The notes under the pieces: model-generated
Databases searched by the model: none
What the model was told of the DNA's origin: nothing
The model's input: only the letters and a program-made list of their open reading frames with translations
Assembly: GCA_913031655.1 (NCBI GenBank)
Contig: CAJWFY010000001.1
Coordinates: 1 to 42,976, forward strand
DNA: 42,976 nucleotides
Direction of reading: 5' to 3'
From: an uncultured Flavobacteriaceae bacterium
Lineage (GTDB): Bacteria > Bacteroidota > Bacteroidia > Flavobacteriales > Flavobacteriaceae
Translations under genes and position numbers: made by a program
Shown here: one piece after another, positions 27,489 through 36,219 of the stretch
How the letters are laid out: every line of letters begins with the position of its first letter
How positions within the stretch are numbered: position 1 is the first letter of the stretch

Positions 27489-28220
27489 ATGTCTAAAGCA
27501 CTTGTGATTATTCCGACTTATAACGAGCTGGATAATATTTCAATAGTTTTAGATGAAGTTTTGACACTTTCTTACTCTTTTGATATTTTGGTTGTTGACG
27601 ACAACTCACCTGATGGAACCAGTGATATTGTAAATCAGTATATTAATAAATTTAAAGAACGTGTGTTTCTTCTTTCTAGAAAATCAAAGGAAGGTCTTGG
27701 AAAAGCTTACACAGAAGGATTTTTGTGGGCCTTAGAGAATAATTATAATTATATTTTTGAAATGGACGCAGACTTATCTCATAATCCAAAAGATTTAGAG
27801 AGGATGCATCAAGCTCTTGAAAAATCTAATTGTGATGTAGTTGTAGGTTCTAGATATGTTAATGGAGTAAATGTTGTTAACTGGCCTTTAAGCAGAATAA
27901 TTCTATCATATTTTGCCTCAATATATTCTAGAGTCATTACTGGACTTCCGGTTAAAGATGCTACATCAGGATTTGTAGGTTATAAAAATATAGTTTTAAG
28001 AACAATTAATTTAAAAACTTTACTTTTTAATGGTTATGCTTTTCAAATAGAATTAAAATTTAAAGCGTTTAAAAATGGATTCAAAATTTTAGAAATACCT
28101 ATAATTTTTAAAGATAGAGAACGTGGAGATTCTAAAATGAATGGGGATATAATTTATGAAGCAGTTTTTGGTTTAATAAGAATGAAATTTTACAGTTTTT
28201 TTTATAATATCAATAAATAA
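27489..28220 (+). CDS. Polyprenol-phosphate mannosyltransferase (Dpm1-like GT2)
   Basis: Reads MSKALVIIPTYNE from the ATG at 27489. Contains VVDDNSPDGT, EMDADLSH and the GT2 fold. The 21 codons upstream in the ORF track have no family counterpart. Confidence 0.85.
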   Translation: MSKALVIIPTYNELDNISIVLDEVLTLSYSFDILVVDDNSPDGTSDIVNQYINKFKERVFLLSRKSKEGLGKAYTEGFLWALENNYNYIFEMDADLSHNPKDLERMHQALEKSNCDVVVGSRYVNGVNVVNWPLSRIILSYFASIYSRVITGLPVKDATSGFVGYKNIVLRTINLKTLLFNGYAFQIELKFKAFKNGFKILEIPIIFKDRERGDSKMNGDIIYEAVFGLIRMKFYSFFYNINK

Positions 28221-28223
28221 TTT

Positions 28224-29561
28224 ATGACAAAAATTTTAATTAAAAATGCTAAAATTATTAATGAAGAAAAGATTTTTGAATCTGATCTTTTAATTAAAAA
28301 TGATATAATTTTTAAGATATCGAAAAATATAAAAAATGCTCCAGACTTTAAAGTTATTGATGCCAAAGGCAAATTTTTAATCCCAGGCGTAATAGATGAC
28401 CAGGTACATTTTAGAGAACCTGGATTAACACACAAAGCAACAATAAACTCAGAATCTAAAGCTGCTGTTTCAGGTGGAATAACCTCTTTTATAGAAATGC
28501 CTAATACAATTCCGCAAACAACAACTTTACTAGAACTAAACAATAAATTTAAAATAGCTGAAAAAAATTCTTATGCCAATTATTCTTTTATGTTTGGTGG
28601 TACAAACAATAATCTAGATGAGATAAAGAAAATTGATTCTAAAAAAGTAGCTGGTTTAAAATTATTTTTAGGCTCATCAACAGGAAATATGTTAGTTGAT
28701 GATGAAGCTGTCTTGAAAAATATTTTTTTAAATACAAATTTATTAATTTCTGTTCATAGTGAAGATGAAAAAATTATAAATGAAAACATTAATAAATATA
28801 AATCTAAATATGGATCGAATATCCCATTTGAACTGCACCCAATTATAAGATCCGAAGAGGCGTGCTTAAAGTCTACTAAAAGAATTATAAAACTAGCTAA
28901 AGAAACAGGAGCTAGATTACATGTTTTTCATTTATCTACAGGAAGTGAATCCTTACTTTTTGAAAATAACATTCCTTTAAAAGAAAAAAAAATAACATCT
29001 GAAGTCTGTGTACACCATTTATGGTTTTCTGATGAAGATTATAAAGAAAAACAATCTTATATAAAATGGAATCCAGCAATTAAAACAAAAGAAGATAGAG
29101 ATGCTTTGTGGGAAGGATTAAACAATGATAGAATTGATATAATAGCTAGTGATCATGCACCTCATACAATAAAAGAAAAGTCAAATAGTTATTTAGAATG
29201 TCCATCCGGTGGCCCTTTAGTTCAGCATGCCTTAGTATCTATGATTGAACATCATTTAAATAACAAGATTTCATTAGAAAAAATTGTGACTAAAATGTGT
29301 CACAATCCAGCCGATCTTTTTCAAATTTCCGATCGCGGTTTTATTAGAGAAGGTTATTATGCTGATTTAGTTTTAATAGATTTGGATAAGCCATGGAAAG
29401 TCAATAAAAATAATATTTTATATAAATGTAATTGGTCACCTTTTGAAGGAATTGAGTTCAAGTCCAAGGTTTATCAAACTTTTGTGAATGGAAAATTAGT
29501 TTATAATGACGGAGTGTTTGATGAAAAATTATACGGAAAACAGTTAACTTTTGATAGATGA
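28224..29561 (+). CDS. pyrC: Dihydroorotase (long, allantoinase-like type)
   Basis: Amidohydrolase motifs are DDQVHFREPG, AGLKLFLGSS, SVHSED, HVFHLST and ASDHAPHT. Confidence 0.85.
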   Translation: MTKILIKNAKIINEEKIFESDLLIKNDIIFKISKNIKNAPDFKVIDAKGKFLIPGVIDDQVHFREPGLTHKATINSESKAAVSGGITSFIEMPNTIPQTTTLLELNNKFKIAEKNSYANYSFMFGGTNNNLDEIKKIDSKKVAGLKLFLGSSTGNMLVDDEAVLKNIFLNTNLLISVHSEDEKIINENINKYKSKYGSNIPFELHPIIRSEEACLKSTKRIIKLAKETGARLHVFHLSTGSESLLFENNIPLKEKKITSEVCVHHLWFSDEDYKEKQSYIKWNPAIKTKEDRDALWEGLNNDRIDIIASDHAPHTIKEKSNSYLECPSGGPLVQHALVSMIEHHLNNKISLEKIVTKMCHNPADLFQISDRGFIREGYYADLVLIDLDKPWKVNKNNILYKCNWSPFEGIEFKSKVYQTFVNGKLVYNDGVFDEKLYGKQLTFDR

Positions 29562-29932
29562 ATAAAATAACTTACTTACTAATTTTAGGTTTATTGATTG
29601 CTTGTTCTAACAATGATAATTCTAAGCCTACTGATTTAATGAGTGAAGATGAAATGATAAATTTTTTATTTGACATCAATATTATTAACTCAAGCAGAGC
29701 TTATAATAACAGATCTGATTTAAATTATTATAATATTAATGATTCATTTCTTTTTGACAAACACGAGATTGATAGCTTGAAGTTTACTAACAGTAATTTA
29801 TATTACGCATCAAACCCAAAACAGTATTTAAAAATATATGCAAAATTAGAACACAGACTTAAGCAATTGAAAGATTCATTGACAAATGAACTGGATATCT
29901 TAACAATAAAAAGAAGGGACTCATTAAAATAA
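29558..29932 (+). CDS. Small lipoprotein, DUF4296-like
   Basis: Lipobox LLIACS. It shares an ATGA overlap with pyrC. The family call rests on context and size. Confidence 0.6.
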   Translation: MNKITYLLILGLLIACSNNDNSKPTDLMSEDEMINFLFDINIINSSRAYNNRSDLNYYNINDSFLFDKHEIDSLKFTNSNLYYASNPKQYLKIYAKLEHRLKQLKDSLTNELDILTIKRRDSLK

Positions 29933-30925
29933 TTACTTTTTAAAATTCAAACAAGTTTCTTCAATTGATTTTTTAATATTTTTAAAAGAGTAATCTAGTT
30001 CAGACTTTATTTTTTTGTTAGAATATTTGTTTATAGATTGGCTAGAATTTATACTGGCTAAGCTTAATTTCCTCCTTTTTTTATTAAACCAGCTATTTAA
30101 AATATCAAATATTAAGGCTAATCTCATTAAACTTTTACCCGCTTTTTTTATTGGTGGACTTAGTTTTAAATGAGAACAGACTTTGGTTATGAAATCTTTA
30201 TAAGACCAATTTTCAGCTACTAAAATAAATCGTTTTGAGAAAATACTCTTAGACATTAATTCATGCATTATTTCAACTACATCTTCTACACAAATAAATC
30301 CTGTTGAGCCAGCTGGGTAATATTTCATTCCTCTACTTATTTGAGTAATAAATGCACCACTTCCTCGTTTCCAAAATCCACTTCCTACAATCACACCAGG
30401 ATTTACAATAACCGCATTTAAACCCTCAGAAATCCCTCTCCAAACTTCCATTTCTGCATTGTATTTTGTTACAGAATAAGGGTTTGCAGTTTCTTCCCAC
30501 TTACAATCTTCATCAATAGCTTTAGTTTTGGTTTCTCCTATTGCAGCAATAGAGCTCACATAGCATAGTTTATCTATTTTATTATCTAAAGAGAAATTAA
30601 TGATGTTCGCTGTTCCTTCAACATTAATTTTTTTAAGAGAATTTAAATCTTTTGAATCGAAAGAAATAAATGCAGCACAATGGTAAACTTCAGTTACATT
30701 TTTAAAAGCATTAGAAAGACTTTCAATATCATTAATGTCTCCTTCAATCCAACTTATTTTTTTAAATAGTTCTTCATAATTTTCTGAATGATAAGAAAAT
30801 ACTTTTTTAACTACATCTATTTTACTATTTTTTCTGTGAAGAGCTTTTATTTTTACATTTTTTTTTGCTAATAAATATAATAAATGACACCCTACTAAGC
30901 CTGTTCCTCCTGTTACTAAAATCAT
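29933..30925 (-). CDS. NAD-dependent epimerase/dehydratase family (extended SDR) protein
   Basis: Rossmann motif at the N-terminus, MILVTGGTGLVGCHL. YSVTKYNAE supplies the catalytic Y-x-x-x-K. Confidence 0.8.
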   Translation of the reverse strand: MILVTGGTGLVGCHLLYLLAKKNVKIKALHRKNSKIDVVKKVFSYHSENYEELFKKISWIEGDINDIESLSNAFKNVTEVYHCAAFISFDSKDLNSLKKINVEGTANIINFSLDNKIDKLCYVSSIAAIGETKTKAIDEDCKWEETANPYSVTKYNAEMEVWRGISEGLNAVIVNPGVIVGSGFWKRGSGAFITQISRGMKYYPAGSTGFICVEDVVEIMHELMSKSIFSKRFILVAENWSYKDFITKVCSHLKLSPPIKKAGKSLMRLALIFDILNSWFNKKRRKLSLASINSSQSINKYSNKKIKSELDYSFKNIKKSIEETCLNFKK

Positions 30926-30977
30926 ATGTCTAATTTACTATTTATTGTTTAACTTTTTTTCTTTAATATAAGAGATA

Positions 30978-30985
30978 TATATTTG
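30978..30985 (+). promoter_or_regulatory. Candidate -7 promoter box (TATATTTG) upstream of tyrS
   Basis: Matches TAnnTTTG and ends 14 nt before the GTG start at 31000. This would imply a very short leader. Confidence 0.25.
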
Positions 30986-30999
30986 TAAAAATTTAAATC

Positions 31000-32292
31000 G
31001 TGAGAACAAACTTTGTAAAAGAATTAAGATGGAGAGGGATGCTTCAAGATATCGTTCCAGGCTGTGAAGAAAAATTACTAGAAAAATCTTGTAATGGATA
31101 TATAGGATTTGATCCTACAGCTGATTCTTTACACATTGGAAGTTTAGTTCAAATATTAATATTAATGCACTTTCAAAAACATGGACATACACCAATTGTA
31201 TTAATAGGGGGAGCCACCGGAATGATTGGAGATCCTTCTGGTAAATCTTCTGAAAGAAATTTATTAAGCAAAGCGGATTTAGATAAGAATATTAGAGGAA
31301 TTCAAGCTCAACTTTCAAAATTTTTAAAATTTAATTCAAAAAACGAAAATACAGCTATCATATGCAATAATAATGATTGGTTTAAAAATATTAACCTCAT
31401 AGATTTTATTAGAGATGCTGGGAAGCATTTAACAGTAAATTATATGATTGCTAAAGATTCAGTAAAAAAAAGATTGTCAAGTGATTCGAAAGAAGGCATG
31501 TCATTTACTGAATTCACGTACCAACTTATTCAAGCCTATGATTTCTATCATTTATTTACTGAAAAAAAATGTAATATTCAAATGGGTGGAAGTGATCAGT
31601 GGGGTAATATTACAAGCGGATCTGAACTGATTAGAAAAAAAACAGGTAATAAAGTCTATGCTTTAACTTGTCCTTTAATAACAAAAGCAGACGGAACTAA
31701 ATTTGGAAAAACAGAAGATGGTAATGTTTGGTTGGACAGAAAAAAAACTTCTCCTTATAAATTTTATCAATATTGGCTTAATATTTCTGATGAAGATGCG
31801 ATTAGGTATGTTAAAATTTTCACTTTTTATAAAGAAGAAGAAATAAATGAATTTATTAAAACACATAAAGAAGCTCCTCACTTAAGAACTTTACAAAAGG
31901 TTATTGCAAATTACCTTACAGAATTAGTTCATTCAAAAGAAGATTTAGAAAAATCAATATTAGCTTCAAATATTTTGTTTGGCAAATCTACGTCAGAAGA
32001 TTTAAGTCAATTAGATGAAGAAACGTTTTTAGATGTATTTGAGGGTGTTCCTAATGCTAACTTACAGCTTGACTATTTAAACGGTAATCCATCTGTTCAT
32101 GAATTACTTTTAGAAGCAGGATTTCTTTCGTCAAAATCAGAAATAAATAGGGCTATTAAAGAAAACTCTATTTCAGTTAATAAAGAAAAGATTGATAGTA
32201 CTTATATTTTTTCAAAAAATAATTTGGTTTGTGATAAATATTTTTTGGCACAAAGAGGAAAGAAAAATTATTTTTTAATATCATTTAGTTAA
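31000..32292 (+). CDS. tyrS: Tyrosine--tRNA ligase
   Basis: HIGH motif LHIGSL and KMSKS-type motif KFGKT, with a C-terminal S4-like domain. The GTG start preserves the conserved N-terminus NFVKELRWRGM. Confidence 0.95.
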   Translation: MRTNFVKELRWRGMLQDIVPGCEEKLLEKSCNGYIGFDPTADSLHIGSLVQILILMHFQKHGHTPIVLIGGATGMIGDPSGKSSERNLLSKADLDKNIRGIQAQLSKFLKFNSKNENTAIICNNNDWFKNINLIDFIRDAGKHLTVNYMIAKDSVKKRLSSDSKEGMSFTEFTYQLIQAYDFYHLFTEKKCNIQMGGSDQWGNITSGSELIRKKTGNKVYALTCPLITKADGTKFGKTEDGNVWLDRKKTSPYKFYQYWLNISDEDAIRYVKIFTFYKEEEINEFIKTHKEAPHLRTLQKVIANYLTELVHSKEDLEKSILASNILFGKSTSEDLSQLDEETFLDVFEGVPNANLQLDYLNGNPSVHELLLEAGFLSSKSEINRAIKENSISVNKEKIDSTYIFSKNNLVCDKYFLAQRGKKNYFLISFS

Positions 32293-33247
32293 ACATAAGA
32301 TTACATCCCCTTATGTCAGACTCACTTAATCTTCCACTGATTTTGTAACCTGAATCATCAAAAACCTCCCCTATATCGTCTGAAGCAATAAAAGCACAGG
32401 AATTAATATTAGCCAGGTCTATAAAGTTAATTGCTCCTTTTCCGCTATATGAAACTGAAAAAGGATTATTAACATCTCTAACTAATGTTTTCATCCAAGG
32501 TGGGTTTTTAAAAACCCCCTGTTTTAATGAGTAAGCTTGAGAAAATAATTCAGTCATACCGTATTCAGAGTGGATATTTTTGACATTGAAACCTTTTGAT
32601 AATTTATTGTGTAATTCTTCTCTTGTTATTTCTTTTCTTCTTCCTTTCATCCCTCCAGTTTCTATAATATTAAATCCACTTAGATCCAGAGCGAAATTTT
32701 CAATAAAATCTATTAAAGCATAACTTACACCAAATAAAACCGTTTTCTTTTTTTCTTTTTTTAGTTTAATTAATGTGCTATAAAGTTTTTTATAATCCTT
32801 CAAATAAAATTCACTTTCCTCATGTTTCGAATGCTTTATAAAATCATTAATCATAAATACTAAAGAAGAATTTTTTTGTTCTAAATATGAGGGTAAAAGT
32901 CCTAAAAAAACAAAATCTTGAACTGGCCCATAAAAAAACTCAAAACAATTTCTGAAACTTTTTTTGTATAAATCAATATCACTGACATAGTTAGTGCTTC
33001 GTCTTCCAGTGGTTCCGCTACTTTTAAACAAGTGAGTAATCCGTTTATTATTTGAAACGATTTTATGTGTTTTAAAAAATTGAATAGGAATAAAAGGTAT
33101 TTGGTTTAGCTCTTTTATTTGATTTGGTTGTATTTTCAATAACTTACAATACCTATTGTATGTAGAATTGTAGTTAAACTGTTTGTTAAATAAAGCAAGA
33201 GCTTTATTTTTAAAATCTAATTGTGAGGAAATTTTCAGTGAATCCAA
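32285..33247 (-). CDS. LuxE-like acyl-protein synthetase / acyl-adenylate-forming enzyme
   Basis: Adenylation motifs are KSSGTTGRRS, ETGGMKGRRKE and SEYGMTE. Its length (320 aa) is typical of the LuxE/PaaK-like family conserved in flavobacteria. Confidence 0.7.
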   Translation of the reverse strand: MDSLKISSQLDFKNKALALFNKQFNYNSTYNRYCKLLKIQPNQIKELNQIPFIPIQFFKTHKIVSNNKRITHLFKSSGTTGRRSTNYVSDIDLYKKSFRNCFEFFYGPVQDFVFLGLLPSYLEQKNSSLVFMINDFIKHSKHEESEFYLKDYKKLYSTLIKLKKEKKKTVLFGVSYALIDFIENFALDLSGFNIIETGGMKGRRKEITREELHNKLSKGFNVKNIHSEYGMTELFSQAYSLKQGVFKNPPWMKTLVRDVNNPFSVSYSGKGAINFIDLANINSCAFIASDDIGEVFDDSGYKISGRLSESDIRGCNLMFN

Positions 33248-33372
33248 TTTTTTATTTCAACTTTAAGTCTTGGGTTTTTATCTGTATAAAGTTAATATAA
33301 AATGCCATATTAAATTATAGTTAATTAAAACAAAAAGATTTAAAAAATATTATTTTTAATAAAAATTAAAAA

Positions 33373-34053
33373 ATGCAAAGAACCCCTAAGATTCTTATTG
33401 TTGATGACGATCCGGATATTATTGAGATCTTAAGGTACAACTTATCTTTAGCTGGTTATGAAGTTAAAAGTGCAAATAATGGAAAAGTAGCAATAAAAAA
33501 AGCTAAATCATTTATACCTGAAATAATTTTGCTTGATGTAATGATGCCTGTAATGGATGGCATTGAAGCCTGCTCTCAATTAAAAAAAATATCATCTTTA
33601 AGTAATACAATGATTATTTTTTTAAGCGCAAGAAATGAAGATTTTACTCAAATTTCAGCATTTGACAGTGGAGCTGATGATTATATTTCAAAGCCAGTAA
33701 AACCTAAGATTCTTTTAATGAAAATAAATTCTATTTTGAAAAGAATAAGATCAATTAAAGTAGAAAATAACGTTATTGATTTAGGAAAAATAATTATAAA
33801 CAGAAATACGTATTCAGTAATTAAGAACGAAATAGACTTAAGACTTCCTAGAAAAGAATTTGAATTACTTTTCTTGTTAGCATCCAAGCCAGGACATGTA
33901 TATACAAGAGATGAAATAATGGATAAAGTGTGGGGAGCACAAGTTATTGTTGGAGATAGAACTATTGACGTTCATATTAGAAAATTAAGAGAAAAATTCG
34001 GAGATTCGTATTTTAAAACTATAAAAGGAGTGGGCTATTCGTTTACCCAGTAA
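33373..34053 (+). CDS. OmpR/PhoB-type response regulator
   Basis: The receiver domain has ILIVDDDPDI, LLDVMMP and ISKPV. The winged-helix output has TIDVHIRKLREKF and GVGY. Confidence 0.9.
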   Translation: MQRTPKILIVDDDPDIIEILRYNLSLAGYEVKSANNGKVAIKKAKSFIPEIILLDVMMPVMDGIEACSQLKKISSLSNTMIIFLSARNEDFTQISAFDSGADDYISKPVKPKILLMKINSILKRIRSIKVENNVIDLGKIIINRNTYSVIKNEIDLRLPRKEFELLFLLASKPGHVYTRDEIMDKVWGAQVIVGDRTIDVHIRKLREKFGDSYFKTIKGVGYSFTQ

Positions 34054-34057
34054 TGTT

Positions 34058-35110
34058 ATGTCATCATTTAATAAATCTAAACTTCAATCTTTTTTATTGT
34101 CATTTCTATTATCTGTTTTTACTATAATAGTAATTTATTTGTTTAGTGCATATGGCACTAATAATGATATGTTTTTGATTAATAGCGTTGTAGAGCTATT
34201 GACTTTAATAATCATATTGTTTACTCTTTATTTTTTTATAATTTATTTTTATTTAGAATCTTTTGTTTTAAAAAAAATAAAAAACCTATATAAAGATTTA
34301 GTTTCAAATCAAGAAACTGAACAAAGTGTTTTGGTTTCAACCAACATGGATGAATTGGTTGAACAGCTCAAGATATTTTCAAAAGAAAGTGAAACTGAAA
34401 TTAAATCAATGCAACAAAAAGAAAATTTCAGAAGAGATTTTATAGGAAATTTAGCACATGAATTAAAAACTCCTTTGTTTACATCACAAAGTTATTTATT
34501 AACCTTAATTGATGGCGCTTTAAAAGATGAAAAAGTTAATTTAAAATATCTTAAAATCGCCGAAAAATCAATAGAAAGATTGATTTTTATAGTTAAAGAT
34601 TTAGATTTAATTACGAAACTGGAATCAGATGATTTAAAATTAGAAAAATCAACCTTTAACATTATTTCTTTGGTAAATAATGTTTTTGAAATGTTAGAAA
34701 TTCAGTCAAGTATAAAAAAAATATCTTTTTCTTTAGATGTTAAATTTAAATCTGTACAAGTAATTGCAGACCAAGAAAAAATTCATCAAGTTTTAACAAA
34801 TTTAATTGAGAATTCAGTCAAATACGGTAAAGAATCTGGCACCACAGAAGTGACAATACAAGATATTACTGAAAATAAAATCATTGTTAGAATTACTGAT
34901 AATGGAAATGGCATACAAAAAAAACATTTTAAAAGACTTTTTGAAAGATTTTATAGAATCGATAATTCAGGAAATAGAAAAACCGGTGGATCTGGACTGG
35001 GTTTAGCAATTGTCAAGCATATAATTGATGCACATGATGAAAAAATATATGTTGAAAGTGATCATGGTGTGGGTTCTGAATTTTCTTTTACTTTAGAAAA
35101 ATCCAAGTAA
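34058..35110 (+). CDS. Sensor histidine kinase (two TM segments, minimal external loop)
   Basis: H-box FIGNLAHELKTPL, N-box NLIENSVKYG, G1 DNGNGI and G2 GGSGLGLAIVK. It starts 4 nt after the regulator gene. Confidence 0.9.
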   Translation: MSSFNKSKLQSFLLSFLLSVFTIIVIYLFSAYGTNNDMFLINSVVELLTLIIILFTLYFFIIYFYLESFVLKKIKNLYKDLVSNQETEQSVLVSTNMDELVEQLKIFSKESETEIKSMQQKENFRRDFIGNLAHELKTPLFTSQSYLLTLIDGALKDEKVNLKYLKIAEKSIERLIFIVKDLDLITKLESDDLKLEKSTFNIISLVNNVFEMLEIQSSIKKISFSLDVKFKSVQVIADQEKIHQVLTNLIENSVKYGKESGTTEVTIQDITENKIIVRITDNGNGIQKKHFKRLFERFYRIDNSGNRKTGGSGLGLAIVKHIIDAHDEKIYVESDHGVGSEFSFTLEKSK

Positions 35111-35116
35111 TTATTT

Positions 35117-35124
35117 TAAATTTG
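35117..35124 (+). promoter_or_regulatory. Candidate -7 promoter box (TAAATTTG) upstream of trmB
   Basis: Matches TAnnTTTG, 25 nt upstream of the TTG start at 35149. Confidence 0.3.
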
Positions 35125-35148
35125 TTTTTTAACTAAAACTATTGATTT

Positions 35149-35829
35149 TTGGGAAGTAAAAATAAGCTCAAGAAATTTATTGAAAATGAAAATTTTTCTA
35201 ATGTAATTCAACCTACAAGAGAGGAATTAATGTCAAATCAATTTAAATTTAAGGGAAATTGGAATGATTTAATTTTTAAAAACAACAATCCTATTGTAGT
35301 TGAGCTGGGTTGTGGAAAGGGAGAGTATACTGTTAATTTAGCTAAAAAAAATCCTTTTATAAATTATATTGGTATTGATATAAAAGGAGCTAGATTTTGG
35401 AGAGGAGCTAAAACTGCAAATGAAGAAAAATTAGATAATGTGTGTTTTTTAAGAACACAAATTGAATTAATTAGCTTTGTTTTCAAGACTGATGAAGTGA
35501 GTGAAATTTGGTTAACATTTCCTGATCCACAAATTAAATTCCAAAGAAGAAAGCATAGATTAACTAATCCTGCTTTTTTGGAATTATATAAAAAAATATT
35601 AAAACCTAAAGGAATAGTACACTTAAAAACTGATAGTGAATTTCTTCATGGTTATACTCTAGGGCTTCTTGAGGGCATGTCAATCAAACCTTTAAATTCT
35701 AACCATGATATTTATAAAAACCTTAATGCTCCTGAGGAAGTTATAAATATTAAAACTCATTATGAAACTATTTTTTCAAAACTAAATAAAAATATTTCTT
35801 ATATCGGATTTAATTTTCATGATGAATGA
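35149..35829 (+). CDS. trmB: tRNA (guanine46-N7)-methyltransferase
   Basis: Contains the SAM motif VELGCGKGEY and FPDPQIKFQRRKHR. The TTG start gives MGSKNKLKKF, which is family-typical. There is no in-frame ATG upstream. Confidence 0.85.
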   Translation: MGSKNKLKKFIENENFSNVIQPTREELMSNQFKFKGNWNDLIFKNNNPIVVELGCGKGEYTVNLAKKNPFINYIGIDIKGARFWRGAKTANEEKLDNVCFLRTQIELISFVFKTDEVSEIWLTFPDPQIKFQRRKHRLTNPAFLELYKKILKPKGIVHLKTDSEFLHGYTLGLLEGMSIKPLNSNHDIYKNLNAPEEVINIKTHYETIFSKLNKNISYIGFNFHDE

Positions 35830-36163
35830 TAGTTCAAAAAATTCAGATTTTTTTGATAAAGTATATGATGTAGCTTTAAAAATACCCTATGGAAGAGTTA
35901 CTACTTATGGAGCAATTGCAAATTATTTGGGCTCAAAAAAAAGTGCAAGAGTAGTGGGTTGGGCCATGAACGCTTCTCATTTAAAAGAAGATATCCCTGC
36001 TCATAGAGTTGTAAATAGAATAGGGCTCTTAACAGGTAAAAAACATTTTTTTGGAATTAACTTAATGAAGCAACTTCTAGAAAGTGAAGGAGTTAAGGTA
36101 GAAAATGATCAAGTATTGAATTTTAAAATTATTTTTTGGGATCCTTTCGATGAATTACAATAA
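35819..36163 (+). CDS. Alkyltransferase-like (ATL) protein, MGMT DNA-binding domain without the acceptor Cys
   Basis: A 114-aa protein containing PYGRVTTYGAIA. The active-site motif reads IPAHRVV instead of PCHRV. It overlaps trmB by 11 nt. Confidence 0.8.
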   Translation: MMNDSSKNSDFFDKVYDVALKIPYGRVTTYGAIANYLGSKKSARVVGWAMNASHLKEDIPAHRVVNRIGLLTGKKHFFGINLMKQLLESEGVKVENDQVLNFKIIFWDPFDELQ

Positions 36164-36219
36164 ATTATATTCTTAAGCTTATATTTACAATTTAGAATGA
36201 TTTTAAATTTTATTTAATT

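Noticed and set aside
28380-28420. The dihydroorotase metal motif reads DDQVHF instead of the usual D-x-H-x-H, which could suggest an inactive PyrC-like protein.
   Set aside because: All other ligand motifs are intact (the carbamylated Lys in AGLKLF, SVHSED, HVFHLS, SDHAPH). I recall the Q-V-H variant being typical of long Bacteroidota dihydroorotases, so it is probably lineage-normal. An alignment would confirm this.
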